DNA of 64,000 nucleotides. Origin: a bacterium. GTDB taxonomy: Bacteria > Bacillota > Clostridia > Peptostreptococcales > Anaerovoracaceae. A program made the translations under genes and the position numbers. Of this stretch, positions 17,464 to 26,394 are shown piece by piece (position 1 is the first letter of the stretch; every line of letters starts with the position of its first letter). Location of the stretch: NCBI GenBank assembly GCA_963601575.1, contig CAVCFO010000003.1, forward strand, positions 33,472-97,471, read 5' to 3'. The notes beneath the pieces were generated by a model. The model saw only the letters and a list, made by a program, of their open reading frames with translations, had not been told where the DNA came from and did not search any database.

Positions 17464-18804
17464 ATGGCATTTGAGAATTTATCCGAAAAACTGCAAGGAA
17501 CTTTTAAGAAGCTAAAAGGCAAGGGAGTTTTGACCGAGGCGGACATCAACGACGCGATGCGAGAAGTCAAGCTCGCCTTGCTGGAGGCGGATGTAAACTT
17601 CAAGGTCGTAAAAGAGTTCGTTGCGGACGTAAAAGAAAAAGCGATGGGCCAGGGCGTGTTGGAAAGCCTCACGCCGGGTCAGCAGGTAATCAAGATCGTA
17701 AATGATACGCTGGTTGACCTCATGGGTGGAACCAACAGCAAGCTTACCTTTTCCCCAAGCGGCTTCACTGTCCTCTTGATGGTGGGTCTGCAAGGTACAG
17801 GAAAGACCACCACCTGCGGCAAGCTTGCGGCATATCTTAAGAAAAACGGCAAGAAACCGATGCTTGCTGCCTGCGACATCTATAGGCCGGCAGCGATCGA
17901 CCAGCTCGAGGTCGTAGGAAAATCCGTAGACGTTCCGGTATTTACCGACCGCGGAAACAAGGTAGCAGAAGACATCGCCCTCAAAGCGCGAAAAGAAGCC
18001 GAAAGACGAGGCTTCGACGTGCTGATCGTCGATACGGCAGGCAGGCTTCAGATAGATAGCGAGCTCATGGATGAGCTTGTGAGAGTAAAAAAGGCAGTAA
18101 AGCCACACGAAATTTTGCTGGTGGTGGACGCGCTCACGGGTCAAGACGCAGTGAACGCCGCAGAGGGCTTTAACGAAGCCCTCGGGATCGACGGAATCAT
18201 CATGACCAAGATGGACGGCGACTCACGAGGCGGCGCCGCACTTTCTGCAAAGAAGGTGACCGGAAAACCGGTAAAGTTCATCGGTGTTGGCGAAAAAACC
18301 GACGCGCTGGAGCCTTTCCATCCGGAGAGAATGGCAAGCCGAATCCTCGGAATGGGCGATATGCTTTCTCTGATAGAAAAGGCACAGGAAAGCTTTGACG
18401 ATGAACAGGCGGCGAAGCTCGAAAAGAAACTGAAGAAAAACGAGTTCACCCTCGAGGATTTCCTCGAGCAGATGGGCCAGATAAACAAGATGGGCGGCCT
18501 TGGCAAGATGATCAGCATGCTCCCAGGGCTTGGAGCAAACAAGGTCAGCGAAGAGGATATCGAAAAGGGCGAGCAGGAGTTCAAGCAGATGGAGGCGATT
18601 ATTTACTCCATGACCATCGAAGAACGCCGAAACCCCTCGCTTCTTAATGCAAGCCGGAGAAGGCGAATCGCAGCGGGCTCAGGTCAGCCGGTGAGCAAAA
18701 TAAATAACTTGATCAAAAAGTACGAGGATACAAAAAAGTTGATGAAACAATTCAGCAATCCGAGCTTTATGAAAAAAAATAAAAGACTAAAAGGACTATT
18801 TTAA
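17464..18804 (+). CDS. ffh: signal recognition particle protein Ffh
   Basis: NG domain [21 protein letters not shown] and [10 protein letters not shown], plus a Met-rich M domain. 446 aa. Confidence 0.97.
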   Translation: MAFENLSEKLQGTFKKLKGKGVLTEADINDAMREVKLALLEADVNFKVVKEFVADVKEKAMGQGVLESLTPGQQVIKIVNDTLVDLMGGTNSKLTFSPSGFTVLLMVGLQGTGKTTTCGKLAAYLKKNGKKPMLAACDIYRPAAIDQLEVVGKSVDVPVFTDRGNKVAEDIALKARKEAERRGFDVLIVDTAGRLQIDSELMDELVRVKKAVKPHEILLVVDALTGQDAVNAAEGFNEALGIDGIIMTKMDGDSRGGAALSAKKVTGKPVKFIGVGEKTDALEPFHPERMASRILGMGDMLSLIEKAQESFDDEQAAKLEKKLKKNEFTLEDFLEQMGQINKMGGLGKMISMLPGLGANKVSEEDIEKGEQEFKQMEAIIYSMTIEERRNPSLLNASRRRRIAAGSGQPVSKINNLIKKYEDTKKLMKQFSNPSFMKKNKRLKGLF

Positions 18805-18818
18805 GGAGGAACAGAAAA

Positions 18819-19061
18819 ATGGTAAAGATCAGATTAAAGAGAATGGGCGCACACAAGCAGCCTTTTTACAGAGTAATTGTAGCAGACTCGAGAGCTCCGA
18901 GGGACGGTAAGTTCATCGAAGAAATCGGTTACTACAATCCGATGACCGAACCAAAGGAAATCAAAATCGACGCAGAAAAAGCTAAGAAGTGGTTAGGAAA
19001 CGGCGCGCAGCCAACTGAAACTGTAAAGACTTTATTTAAGAAATCTGGAATTATTGAATAA
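18819..19061 (+). CDS. rpsP: 30S ribosomal protein S16
   Basis: [41 protein letters not shown] is canonical S16. Confidence 0.97.
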   Translation: MVKIRLKRMGAHKQPFYRVIVADSRAPRDGKFIEEIGYYNPMTEPKEIKIDAEKAKKWLGNGAQPTETVKTLFKKSGIIE

Positions 19062-19081
19062 TAAGGAAGCGGTGAAAGCTA

Positions 19082-19315
19082 ATGACTAAATTGGTTGAAG
19101 CGATTGCGAAGTCACTTGTTGATAACCCTGAAGCGGTCGTAGTGACCGAAAGCGAAGATCGCCGCGGAACGGTAATCGAACTTAGAGTCGCACCTGACGA
19201 TATGGGAAAAGTAATCGGTAAGCAAGGAAGGATTGCTAAGGCTTTGCGTACCGTTGTTAAGGCTGCTGCCATAAAAAACAATAAAAAAGTGACAGTTGAA
19301 ATCGTAAGAGAATGA
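19082..19315 (+). CDS. KH-domain RNA-binding protein (YlqC family)
   Basis: KH motif MGKVIGKQGRIAKALRTVV; conserved position between rpsP and rimM. Confidence 0.9.
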   Translation: MTKLVEAIAKSLVDNPEAVVVTESEDRRGTVIELRVAPDDMGKVIGKQGRIAKALRTVVKAAAIKNNKKVTVEIVRE

Positions 19316-19335
19316 CGATTTATTGCAAAAATTCG

Positions 19336-19377
19336 GGCACATACTTTAGACAGGATTCACATGTTTAGGTATGTGCC
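19336..19377 (+). other. 9-bp stem hairpin after the KH-protein gene (processing or attenuation site?)
   Basis: GGCACATAC-N24-GTATGTGCC with no proper U-tract (TGTTGT). Confidence 0.35.
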
Positions 19378-19460
19378 TGTTGTATAAGCAGAGAGAATCC
19401 AAAGCACAGAAAAACATAAAACGTAAATATAGAAAGAAATAGAAATAATAAAAATATAGC

Positions 19461-19991
19461 ATGGAAAAAATCAAAATAGGAAAAATCGTAAACGCTGCAG
19501 CACTTCGGGGCGAAGTCAAGGTCTACCACTACTCGGACTACAAAGAAAGATTCGAGGAGCTGGACAGCGTTTTGCTAGAGCACAAGGGAAAATACGAAGA
19601 ATATGGCATCGAGGGAGTAAGATACCAAAAGAAAATGGTAATCCTCAAACTCAAAGGCGTCAGCGACAGGAACGCCGCAGAGGCTCTCAAAGAGCGGGAC
19701 ATATATATAACGGAGGCAGACCTTCGGGATCTGCCGGAGGACACATTCTATGTCAAGGACCTTATCGGCTGCAATGTAGTAAATATAGAGGACGGTAGCA
19801 GGATCGGAGTCATAGCGGATGTATTGCAAAATTCGGCGCAGGACATATATAAGATCGAACTTGCAAGCGGCAAGGAAGCACTCATCCCGGCCGTGGGAGA
19901 GTTCGTAAAGGAAGTTGACATAGAGCAAAAACTCGTCAAAATCAGGCTCATCCCCGGATTTATAGACGAAGATGCCATAAAAGTAGAATAA
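19461..19991 (+). CDS. rimM: 16S rRNA processing protein RimM
   Basis: IGKIVNAAALRGEVKV start, PRC-barrel C-terminus, rpsP-KH-rimM-trmD synteny. Confidence 0.93.
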   Translation: MEKIKIGKIVNAAALRGEVKVYHYSDYKERFEELDSVLLEHKGKYEEYGIEGVRYQKKMVILKLKGVSDRNAAEALKERDIYITEADLRDLPEDTFYVKDLIGCNVVNIEDGSRIGVIADVLQNSAQDIYKIELASGKEALIPAVGEFVKEVDIEQKLVKIRLIPGFIDEDAIKVE

Positions 19992-20029
19992 TAAAATAAT
20001 AAGAAGAATGACGCAGAATAAAGAGTAAA

Positions 20030-20088
20030 CAGAAAAAACAGAAAAAACAGAAAAAACAGAATAGACAGAAAAGACAGAAAAAACAGAG
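20030..20088 (+). repeat. 6.5 tandem copies of a 9-nt unit CAGAAAAAA ending at the trmD start codon
   Basis: CAGAAAAAA x3, CAGAATAGA, CAGAAAAGA, CAGAAAAAA, CAGAG-ATG, read directly. Confidence 0.9.
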
Positions 20089-20862
20089 ATGAAAATAAAT
20101 ATTTTGACCCTCTTTCCGGAGATGTTTACGGCTGTAACCGGCAGCAGCATTCTGGGACGGGCGCAGGAAAAAGGAATACTTGACATAAATTTAATAAATA
20201 TTCGCGACTTTAGCAAAGATAAGCATAACAAGGCAGACGACTATCCATTCGGCGGAGGCGTTGGAATGGTAATGCTCGCTCAGCCCGCGTTCGATGCCCT
20301 GAGGTCACTTGGGACAGGCATATCCGAAGGAGCTTCTGCGCAGAAATCCAAGATGATATATATGTCGCCGCGAGGCAAAATCCTCGACCGACAGAAAATC
20401 GAGGAGCTTGCAGCGATGGACGAAATTACCATACTATGCGGCCATTATGAGGGCGTCGATCAGCGCATCATCGACGAGTGGGATATGGAGGAAATCTCAA
20501 TCGGAGACTACATCCTGACCGGAGGAGAGCTTGCGGCGATGGTGCTTGTGGACAGCGTTTGCCGGTTCGTGCCGGAGGTTCTGGGCACAAAGGAATCCGC
20601 AACAGAAGAATCCGTCTACTCCGGCCTTCTTGAATATGACCAGTATACGAAACCGAGGGAGTTCGAGGGCCTCACGGTGCCTGAGATCCTGGTAAGCGGA
20701 AACCACAAGCTCATCCACCTTTGGCAATACGAAAATTCGCTTAGGCTCACAAAGGAGAAGAGGCCCGACCTCTTCGCAGTCTATGTTGAAAAGACAGAGG
20801 CCGGCCAGGATTTGACCAAGGACGAAAAAAAGATTTTAGCGAAAGTTATGACAGAAATCTAG
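20089..20862 (+). CDS. trmD: tRNA (guanine37-N1)-methyltransferase
   Basis: INILTLFPEMF, DDYPFGGGVGMVM, ISIGDYILTGGELAAMVLVD (SPOUT knot). Confidence 0.96.
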   Translation: MKINILTLFPEMFTAVTGSSILGRAQEKGILDINLINIRDFSKDKHNKADDYPFGGGVGMVMLAQPAFDALRSLGTGISEGASAQKSKMIYMSPRGKILDRQKIEELAAMDEITILCGHYEGVDQRIIDEWDMEEISIGDYILTGGELAAMVLVDSVCRFVPEVLGTKESATEESVYSGLLEYDQYTKPREFEGLTVPEILVSGNHKLIHLWQYENSLRLTKEKRPDLFAVYVEKTEAGQDLTKDEKKILAKVMTEI

Positions 20863-20916
20863 GCACGGGAGATGCGACATAAAAGATGAAATTGCGATGA
20901 AAGCTGAGATATTCCC

Positions 20917-20945
20917 TTGTATTGCAAAGGCGCTTGTGATAAAAT
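20917..20945 (+). promoter_or_regulatory. sigma-A promoter placed to give a leaderless transcript of the 20952 gene
   Basis: TTGTAT-17 nt-TAAAAT with TG at the extended -10 position (TGATAAAAT). The -10 ends 6 nt before ATG 20952, and there is no SD sequence. Confidence 0.45.
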
Positions 20946-20951
20946 GTTGTA

Positions 20952-21893
20952 ATGAAAAATAATAGCAAACAAAAGAAAAACTTAAAGATTCAAATATATA
21001 TTGCGATTTTTGTACTGCTCTTCGCAGCGCTATATGTATATATATACATCGTGCCGAGGGTTTCGGACATTTTCGTGGACACCTATGTGGCGGAGTACGG
21101 CACATTGGAGACATCTGTCGATACGACATGCCTATTCGTAAGGGACGAGAAGGTTTATACAGCTTCCGGCTCGGGGACGGTCAAGAGAGTGATCTCTCAG
21201 GGCAAGCTCATGCGAAAGGGCGCAAAGATCCTCACCCTGGGAGGAAGCGCATGCTATACCAAGGAACGCGGCGTCATCAGCTATTTTTATGATGGCATGG
21301 AGACTTCTCTAAGCCCGGATAAGCTCGACAGCATAACAGTGGCGAGTCTCGAGAAGGCTCAAGGCTCGGACTTTGAGATTCAAAAATGCAAGTCGAAGAC
21401 TGCCGAAAGCGGAGATAAGCTCTTTAAGGTCGTAGATAACAAGGAATGGTACTTGGTCGCATGGCTGGCTGCAGAGAATGCAGAGGGCATAGCGGAGGGC
21501 GGAAATGTCAGCGTCGACTTTAAGGACGGAAGCAGGCTCAAGATGAAGGTAAAGTCCGTCACCGCCGAGGGAGACAAACAGAAAATCGTCCTTTCCTGCA
21601 ACAGATATTACGAATTTTTCGATAAATACAGAGCCAGAGACTGCAAGCTCATCAAATCGAGCCGCACGGGGATTTTGCTGGAGACCTCCAGCATCATAGA
21701 AGAAGACGGCCAAAAGGGCGTTTATGTAAAGGACAAGTTCGAAAATTACAACTTTACGCCCGTGAGCATCCTCGCTACCGACGGCGGGGTGACAGTGGTT
21801 GAGAAGAACTACTACTACGACGCAGAAGGCCAAACGGTCGCTACCGTAAAAAATTATGACGAAATAAAAAAGAACAAGAGCGAAGGGGAGTGA
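20952..21893 (+). CDS. N-terminally membrane-anchored protein, HlyD/barrel-sandwich-like; function unknown
   Basis: One N-terminal TM (IYIAIFVLLFAALYVYIYIV) followed by a beta-rich soluble part. The coding call is firm. The family assignment is only a resemblance to HlyD-like proteins found upstream of yggS/sepF in Clostridia. Confidence 0.55.
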   Translation: MKNNSKQKKNLKIQIYIAIFVLLFAALYVYIYIVPRVSDIFVDTYVAEYGTLETSVDTTCLFVRDEKVYTASGSGTVKRVISQGKLMRKGAKILTLGGSACYTKERGVISYFYDGMETSLSPDKLDSITVASLEKAQGSDFEIQKCKSKTAESGDKLFKVVDNKEWYLVAWLAAENAEGIAEGGNVSVDFKDGSRLKMKVKSVTAEGDKQKIVLSCNRYYEFFDKYRARDCKLIKSSRTGILLETSSIIEEDGQKGVYVKDKFENYNFTPVSILATDGGVTVVEKNYYYDAEGQTVATVKNYDEIKKNKSEGE

Positions 21894-21897
21894 AATC

Positions 21898-22608
21898 ATG
21901 TCGATCAGAGATAACATAGATCGCATTACCGAGTTGAAGAACGCGGCGGCCGCGCGTTCCGGAAGAAGCGGAGAGGATGTGCTGCTCGTTGCGGTAACCA
22001 AGCTTCATAATGTAGACGAGATAAACGAGGCCATAGATTGCGGAATCACAGACATCGGCGAAAATAAGGTTCAGGAAATCATGAACAAGTATGACGGTGT
22101 AAAGCCTGTAAGATGGCATCTCATAGGCCACCTTCAGACCAACAAGGTAAAATATATCATCGACAAGGTTTGCATGATTCACTCGGTGGATTCTTTGAAA
22201 CTTGCCGAAGAAATCGATAAGCGGGCATCTCAGCACGGAATAACCATGGATATTCTGATCCAGGTGAACTCGGCGATGGAAGAAAGCAAGTTCGGCATTA
22301 CGACTGAAGAGACAGGGCAGATGATCGAAAGCATACTCGAAAACTGCCCGAACATCAGGATCCGAGGGCTTATGTGCATTGCTCCTTACGAGGATAACCC
22401 GGATGATGCGAGAGAATATTTTGCGGCAGTCAAAAAGCTGTATGACGAATATGGAAAAATTGATAACCCGAGGATTGATTTCAAATATCTTTCCATGGGC
22501 ATGTCCAATGACTTTGAGGTGGCGATCGAAGAAGGCTCCACGCTAATCAGAGTTGGAACATCGATATTTGGGGTCAGAGATTACTCAAAAAAAATGGGAG
22601 GAAACTAA
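21898..22608 (+). CDS. yggS: PLP-binding homeostasis protein YggS/YlmE
   Basis: LVAVTKLH (PLP lysine), HLIGHLQTNKVKY, LSMGMSNDFEVAIEEGSTLIRVGTSIFG. Confidence 0.92.
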   Translation: MSIRDNIDRITELKNAAAARSGRSGEDVLLVAVTKLHNVDEINEAIDCGITDIGENKVQEIMNKYDGVKPVRWHLIGHLQTNKVKYIIDKVCMIHSVDSLKLAEEIDKRASQHGITMDILIQVNSAMEESKFGITTEETGQMIESILENCPNIRIRGLMCIAPYEDNPDDAREYFAAVKKLYDEYGKIDNPRIDFKYLSMGMSNDFEVAIEEGSTLIRVGTSIFGVRDYSKKMGGN

Positions 22609-22609
22609 A

Positions 22610-23119
22610 ATGGGATTTTCAGAAACACTTAAAAAGCTTGTCGGGATCGACGAGGTGGCAGACGGAGAACTGACAGAGGACGAGATCGAAGAGGCAAGAC
22701 AGCAGGTAATCAAAGAAGAAAATGCAAGAAAGCCGGTAGCAGGCGCATTCCAGCCGAAGGCGCAGCCTGCGGACATGCCGAAGGCAATTCCGATCGAAAA
22801 AAGAGTTTCAATAGCAGGCACAAACACATTTACACTGGTGGTCATCGAGCCGAAGAGCTTCGACGAATGCCCGAAACTTGTAGACAGCCTCAAAGGCAGA
22901 CGCCCGGTGGTTATCAACCTCGAGAAGATCGAAACAGAAACCGCCAAAAAGATCTTTGATTTCCTCAGCGGAGCAACCTATGCCTTGAATGGCAATGTAC
23001 AAAAGGTTGCCAACAATATATTCATCTTCGCCCCGGAAAAGGTTGACATTACAACAAACCAAGAGGAAAGAGGCGGATTTGATTTCGGAGCAAACAAGAG
23101 CCCTTGGACCGGCAGATAA
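22610..23119 (+). CDS. sepF: cell-division protein SepF
   Basis: Start MGFSETLKKLVG follows the GGAGG RBS. The conserved core is RRPVVINLEKIETETAKKIFDFLSGATYALNGNVQKVANNIFIFAP. Confidence 0.92.
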   Translation: MGFSETLKKLVGIDEVADGELTEDEIEEARQQVIKEENARKPVAGAFQPKAQPADMPKAIPIEKRVSIAGTNTFTLVVIEPKSFDECPKLVDSLKGRRPVVINLEKIETETAKKIFDFLSGATYALNGNVQKVANNIFIFAPEKVDITTNQEERGGFDFGANKSPWTGR

Positions 23120-23139
23120 GAAATGATTGGAGGATAGAC

Positions 23140-23769
23140 ATGATTACACCTTCTGATATAGAAAACAAACAATTTGGCAGAGTAAAAAAAGGATATGATC
23201 CCGACGAGGTGGATGATTTCCTGGATCTTGTCATTCTTGACATGGAAAAGCTCTTGCGCGAAAATCGCCAGCTGAAGGACGAGCTCAGTAAGGCTCATGT
23301 TCAGGTAGATAAGCACATGAGCAGCGAAACTAGCGTATACGAAACACTAGAAGCAGCAAAATCCCTCATGAATGACATCGCAGCCAGCGCAGAGCGCAGG
23401 GCCGAAATCCTGCTCAAAAATGCAGAAATGGAAGCAAATATCATCACAAAAGAAGCCAAGGAGTCTATTTCCAGACTCACCGAGGACGGAAATCGCCTGA
23501 AGACAAAGGTCGAAATGCTCAAGGGAAGATATAAGAACCTCCTCGAAGCGGAGCTTGAGAGAATCGACTTTCTCGGAGAAGATCTGATCGAGGATTTCGA
23601 AAAGGACTTCATGCCCGCCTCAATGACCGAGCTAGGCGAAAAAGAACCCGCAAAAGCTGAGCCTGCAGTGGCTATCGAGTCAAGGACAGAGGCTGGGGCA
23701 GAGGCTGCCGAGGATCATGCCGGCAAAGAAAAAGAAGACCTCACCAAGACCATGGTGAACATCCGATGA
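23140..23769 (+). CDS. divIVA: DivIVA-family cell-division/polarity protein
   Basis: MITPSDIENKQFGRVKKGYDPDEVDDFLDLV lipid-binding N-domain followed by a coiled coil. GGAGG RBS upstream of ATG 23140. Confidence 0.9.
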   Translation: MITPSDIENKQFGRVKKGYDPDEVDDFLDLVILDMEKLLRENRQLKDELSKAHVQVDKHMSSETSVYETLEAAKSLMNDIAASAERRAEILLKNAEMEANIITKEAKESISRLTEDGNRLKTKVEMLKGRYKNLLEAELERIDFLGEDLIEDFEKDFMPASMTELGEKEPAKAEPAVAIESRTEAGAEAAEDHAGKEKEDLTKTMVNIR

Positions 23770-24269
23770 GATGGACAAAATACCTGATTATGGCAGCGAT
23801 AATTGCGGCCGATCAGGTAGCCAAGCTTGCGGTACGCGCAAATCTTAAGATCGGCGAGTCGATACCTGTTATAGGAGATTTTTTCAAGCTGACGCATATC
23901 TCTAACTACGGCGGAGCGCTGAGCATGTTCGAGCATAATACCATGCTCCTGATAGGAATCCCGCTGATTGCAATAGCAGCTGCGATCTGGTATATGGAAA
24001 ATCATAGACAGGCTCACTGGTCGCTATCATATGCCGTGGTGCTGATTGCAGCAGGCGGTATCGGAAACCTTATCGACAGGATTACGCAGGGCTTTGTGAC
24101 GGACTTTCTCGATTTCACATCGATTCCTATGTGGGACTGGATATTTAATATAGCAGATATTGCCGTTTGCGCGGGATGCTTCCTGATGATTTTGTATATT
24201 TTCAAATTTGACAAGGCAGGCGAAAATCAAGCCCATGCGAAATCGGAGGATCCAAATGGAGCAGCATGA
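23766..24269 (+). CDS. lspA: lipoprotein signal peptidase II
   Basis: Four TM helices with NYGGA and FNIADIAV catalytic Asp boxes. ATGA overlap with the divIVA stop. Confidence 0.92.
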   Translation: MRWTKYLIMAAIIAADQVAKLAVRANLKIGESIPVIGDFFKLTHISNYGGALSMFEHNTMLLIGIPLIAIAAAIWYMENHRQAHWSLSYAVVLIAAGGIGNLIDRITQGFVTDFLDFTSIPMWDWIFNIADIAVCAGCFLMILYIFKFDKAGENQAHAKSEDPNGAA

Positions 24270-25188
24270 TAGATATACATTTTTAATAGACAAAGAAAAT
24301 GAGAGCACTAGAATTGATTCTGTGCTTTCTTTGCTACTTCCGGAAACCTCTCGGAGCTTTATCCAAAAGCTCATCGAGAGCGGAGCACTCAGCCTAAACG
24401 GCGAGGTGATGACCTCAAAGAAATACAAGGTCTGCGCAGGGGACATGGTAAAGATCCTAATTCCCCCTCCGGAAAAGCTTTCGGTGGAGCCCGAGAACAT
24501 CCCGCTTGACATCGTCTACGAGGACAGAGATGTGCTGGTGGTGAATAAACCGAAGGGCATGGTGGTGCATCCTGCGGCAGGAAATTATACCGGAACCCTC
24601 GTAAATGCGGTGATGTATCACTGCGGGGATAGGCTCTCGTCCATAAACGGGGTGATCAGGCCAGGGATCGTTCACCGCATCGACAAGGATACCAGCGGGC
24701 TTCTCATGATTGCAAAGAACGATGCGGCTCATGAGTCACTTTCAAAACAGCTTGCAGAGCATAGCATTACAAGGCGTTACAAGGCGCTAGTATATAATAA
24801 TTTTACCCAGGATTGCGGAACGGTGGATGCGCCGCTTGGGCGCGACCAGAGAAACAGACTGAAGCGGGCGGTGACAGACCAAAATTCAAAGCGGGCGGTG
24901 ACCCACTGGAGGGTAATGCAGCGCTTCGGAAATCATACCCTCATAGAGGCAAGATTAGAAACGGGCAGAACACACCAGATCAGGGTGCATATGGCATATA
25001 TCAAACATCCGCTCGTAGGAGACCGGGTATACGGACCCGCAAAACAGAGCCTCGCAAAGGACGGCCATATGCTCCACGCAGAGGTACTTGGGTTTGTCCA
25101 TCCCAAAACCGGCGAGTATATGGAGTTTTTTCAGCCGCTGCCGGCAGAATTTCAAGATTTGATAGAGAGGTTACAAAATGGAAAATAA
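24256..25188 (+). CDS. rluD: 23S rRNA pseudouridine synthase, RluD/RluA family
   Basis: N-terminal S4 domain and catalytic HRIDKDTSGLLMIAK; RTHQIRVH motif; lspA-rluD synteny. Confidence 0.92.
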   Translation: MEQHDRYTFLIDKENESTRIDSVLSLLLPETSRSFIQKLIESGALSLNGEVMTSKKYKVCAGDMVKILIPPPEKLSVEPENIPLDIVYEDRDVLVVNKPKGMVVHPAAGNYTGTLVNAVMYHCGDRLSSINGVIRPGIVHRIDKDTSGLLMIAKNDAAHESLSKQLAEHSITRRYKALVYNNFTQDCGTVDAPLGRDQRNRLKRAVTDQNSKRAVTHWRVMQRFGNHTLIEARLETGRTHQIRVHMAYIKHPLVGDRVYGPAKQSLAKDGHMLHAEVLGFVHPKTGEYMEFFQPLPAEFQDLIERLQNGK

Positions 25189-25852
25189 GAAAAAAACTTT
25201 CAAACCCGGTGCGGTGCTCAGCCCCGTGCCTGCGGTCATGGTATCATGCGGCAATGGCGAGGAAAAGAACATTATCACCATCGCATGGACGGGGACCATA
25301 AATTCTGAGCCGCCCATGACATATATTTCGGTAAGAAAATCAAGGCACTCGCATAACATCATCAAAGAAAGCGGTGAGTTTGTCATCAATCTCGTGAGCG
25401 AAGATCTGACATTTGCGACGGACTACTGCGGCGTCAAGTCCGGGCGCGATGTGGACAAGTTCAAGGAGATGAAGCTGACGGCGCTCACATCGGAAAAGGT
25501 CTCATGCCCTGCAATCGCAGAGGCGCCGGTGAATCTGGAGTGCAAGGTGAAGGAAATTCGAAGCTTTCCGTCTCACGATATGTTCATAGCCCAGATCGTA
25601 AACATGAGGGTAAGCCAGGAGCTTGTGGACGAAAAGGGCAAGATAGATTTTGCAGGCGCGGGCCTCGTTTCCTATGTTCACGGCGAATATTTCGGACTGA
25701 AGAAAAATCCCATCGGCAGGTTCGGATATTCTGTGATGAAGCCAAGGACCAAGAAGCGCATGGGCAGGCAGCAGCACCAGGAGCGAGTCCGCAGAAACAG
25801 AAACGCGCGACTAGCTAAGACCGGGAATAAGACCGGGAATAAGAATAAGTAA
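25178..25852 (+). CDS. flavin reductase-like (FMN-binding split-barrel) protein with a 37-aa Lys/Arg-rich tail
   Basis: Flavin_Reduct-like PVPAVMVSCG...NIITIAWTG and INLVSEDL. The C-terminal tail is KPRTKKRMGRQQHQERVRRNRNARLAKTGNKTGNKNK. Confidence 0.75.
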   Translation: MENKKKTFKPGAVLSPVPAVMVSCGNGEEKNIITIAWTGTINSEPPMTYISVRKSRHSHNIIKESGEFVINLVSEDLTFATDYCGVKSGRDVDKFKEMKLTALTSEKVSCPAIAEAPVNLECKVKEIRSFPSHDMFIAQIVNMRVSQELVDEKGKIDFAGAGLVSYVHGEYFGLKKNPIGRFGYSVMKPRTKKRMGRQQHQERVRRNRNARLAKTGNKTGNKNK

Positions 25853-25870
25853 ATATTTGATTACGGAGAA

Positions 25871-25903
25871 ACCGCCCTGCAAGAGTAAGACAGAGCGGTT
25901 TTT
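25871..25903 (+). terminator. intrinsic terminator after the flavin reductase gene
   Basis: ACCGCCCTG-N11-CAGAGCGGT (one mismatch) followed by TTTTT. Confidence 0.6.
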
Positions 25904-26041
25904 GGAATAGCTGCATTTTTTAATTTACCAAAAGAAGTGATGTGCTACAATAAAATAATGGGATTTCGGCCCCAAAGGACCGGTTCAAAAGGGGTATCAT
26001 TTAAACTTCTCTATTCGAAATTTCTAAGTATCTTTCACATC

Positions 26042-26152
26042 TCAGTCATCCGACTTAATGTAATCGATGCAGCTCTCACATACGTATCCGCCGTGAAATG
26101 CGACGATGTGATCTTGATTCCCGCATAGTGAACAATTACAACTCTTTTTCAT
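26042..26152 (-). CDS. 36-aa ClpX-type C4 zinc-ribbon small protein (not in the ORF track, below its length cutoff)
   Basis: Hand translation gives MKKSCNCSLCGNQDHIVAFHGGYVCESCIDYIKSDD*. A GGAGGAGG RBS lies 7 nt upstream of the ATG. The CxxC-N14-CxxC spacing and the Y[VI]CExC[IV] pattern match the ClpX N-terminal zinc-binding domain. Confidence 0.7.
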   Translation of the reverse strand: MKKSCNCSLCGNQDHIVAFHGGYVCESCIDYIKSDD

Positions 26153-26246
26153 CTCTATACCTCCTCCTAAATGATTTATTAAGCCATTTCTAAGATGTAA
26201 GAAAATCATAAAACATTAGTCCCCAAAAAGAAAGAAAAAAATCGCG

Positions 26247-26394
26247 AAATGTAATAACTCGTACTTTAAATGTAATAATTCAGTCTTTAACCGTTTTCGC
26301 ATAAAAAATCGTGTCAAATTGTGACGGGTAATTTAGCAAAAGAATGAAGAAAAAGCGGAGAAAAAGTATTGCATTTATGTACTAAATGTAATAA
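26247..26394 (+). repeat. three exact copies of AAATGTAATAA (26247-57, 26268-78, 26384-94) in the divergent intergenic region
   Basis: Read directly. The first two copies are 21 bp apart, and the third overlaps the spacer and -10 of the ABC-operon promoter. Confidence 0.7.

Noticed and set aside
20030-20088. Whether the short A-rich tandem repeats could be a degenerate CRISPR array or minisatellite of mobile origin
   Set aside because: The units are 9 nt with no spacers, far too short for CRISPR. No cas genes or leader are in the window. It is treated as a simple tandem repeat in a 5' UTR.
19575-20231. 218-aa minus-strand ORF with an SVFSVFSVYSVF... stretch
   Set aside because: It is antisense to rimM and trmD, and the SVF repeat is only the translation of the 9-nt CAGAAAAAA array. 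There is no RBS, and it overlaps two well-supported genes.
25937-26128. 63-aa plus-strand ORF from the ORF track
   Set aside because: It has no RBS and is antisense to the much better supported 36-aa zinc-ribbon sORF (strong RBS, recognisable ClpX-type motif). The protein has no recognisable features.
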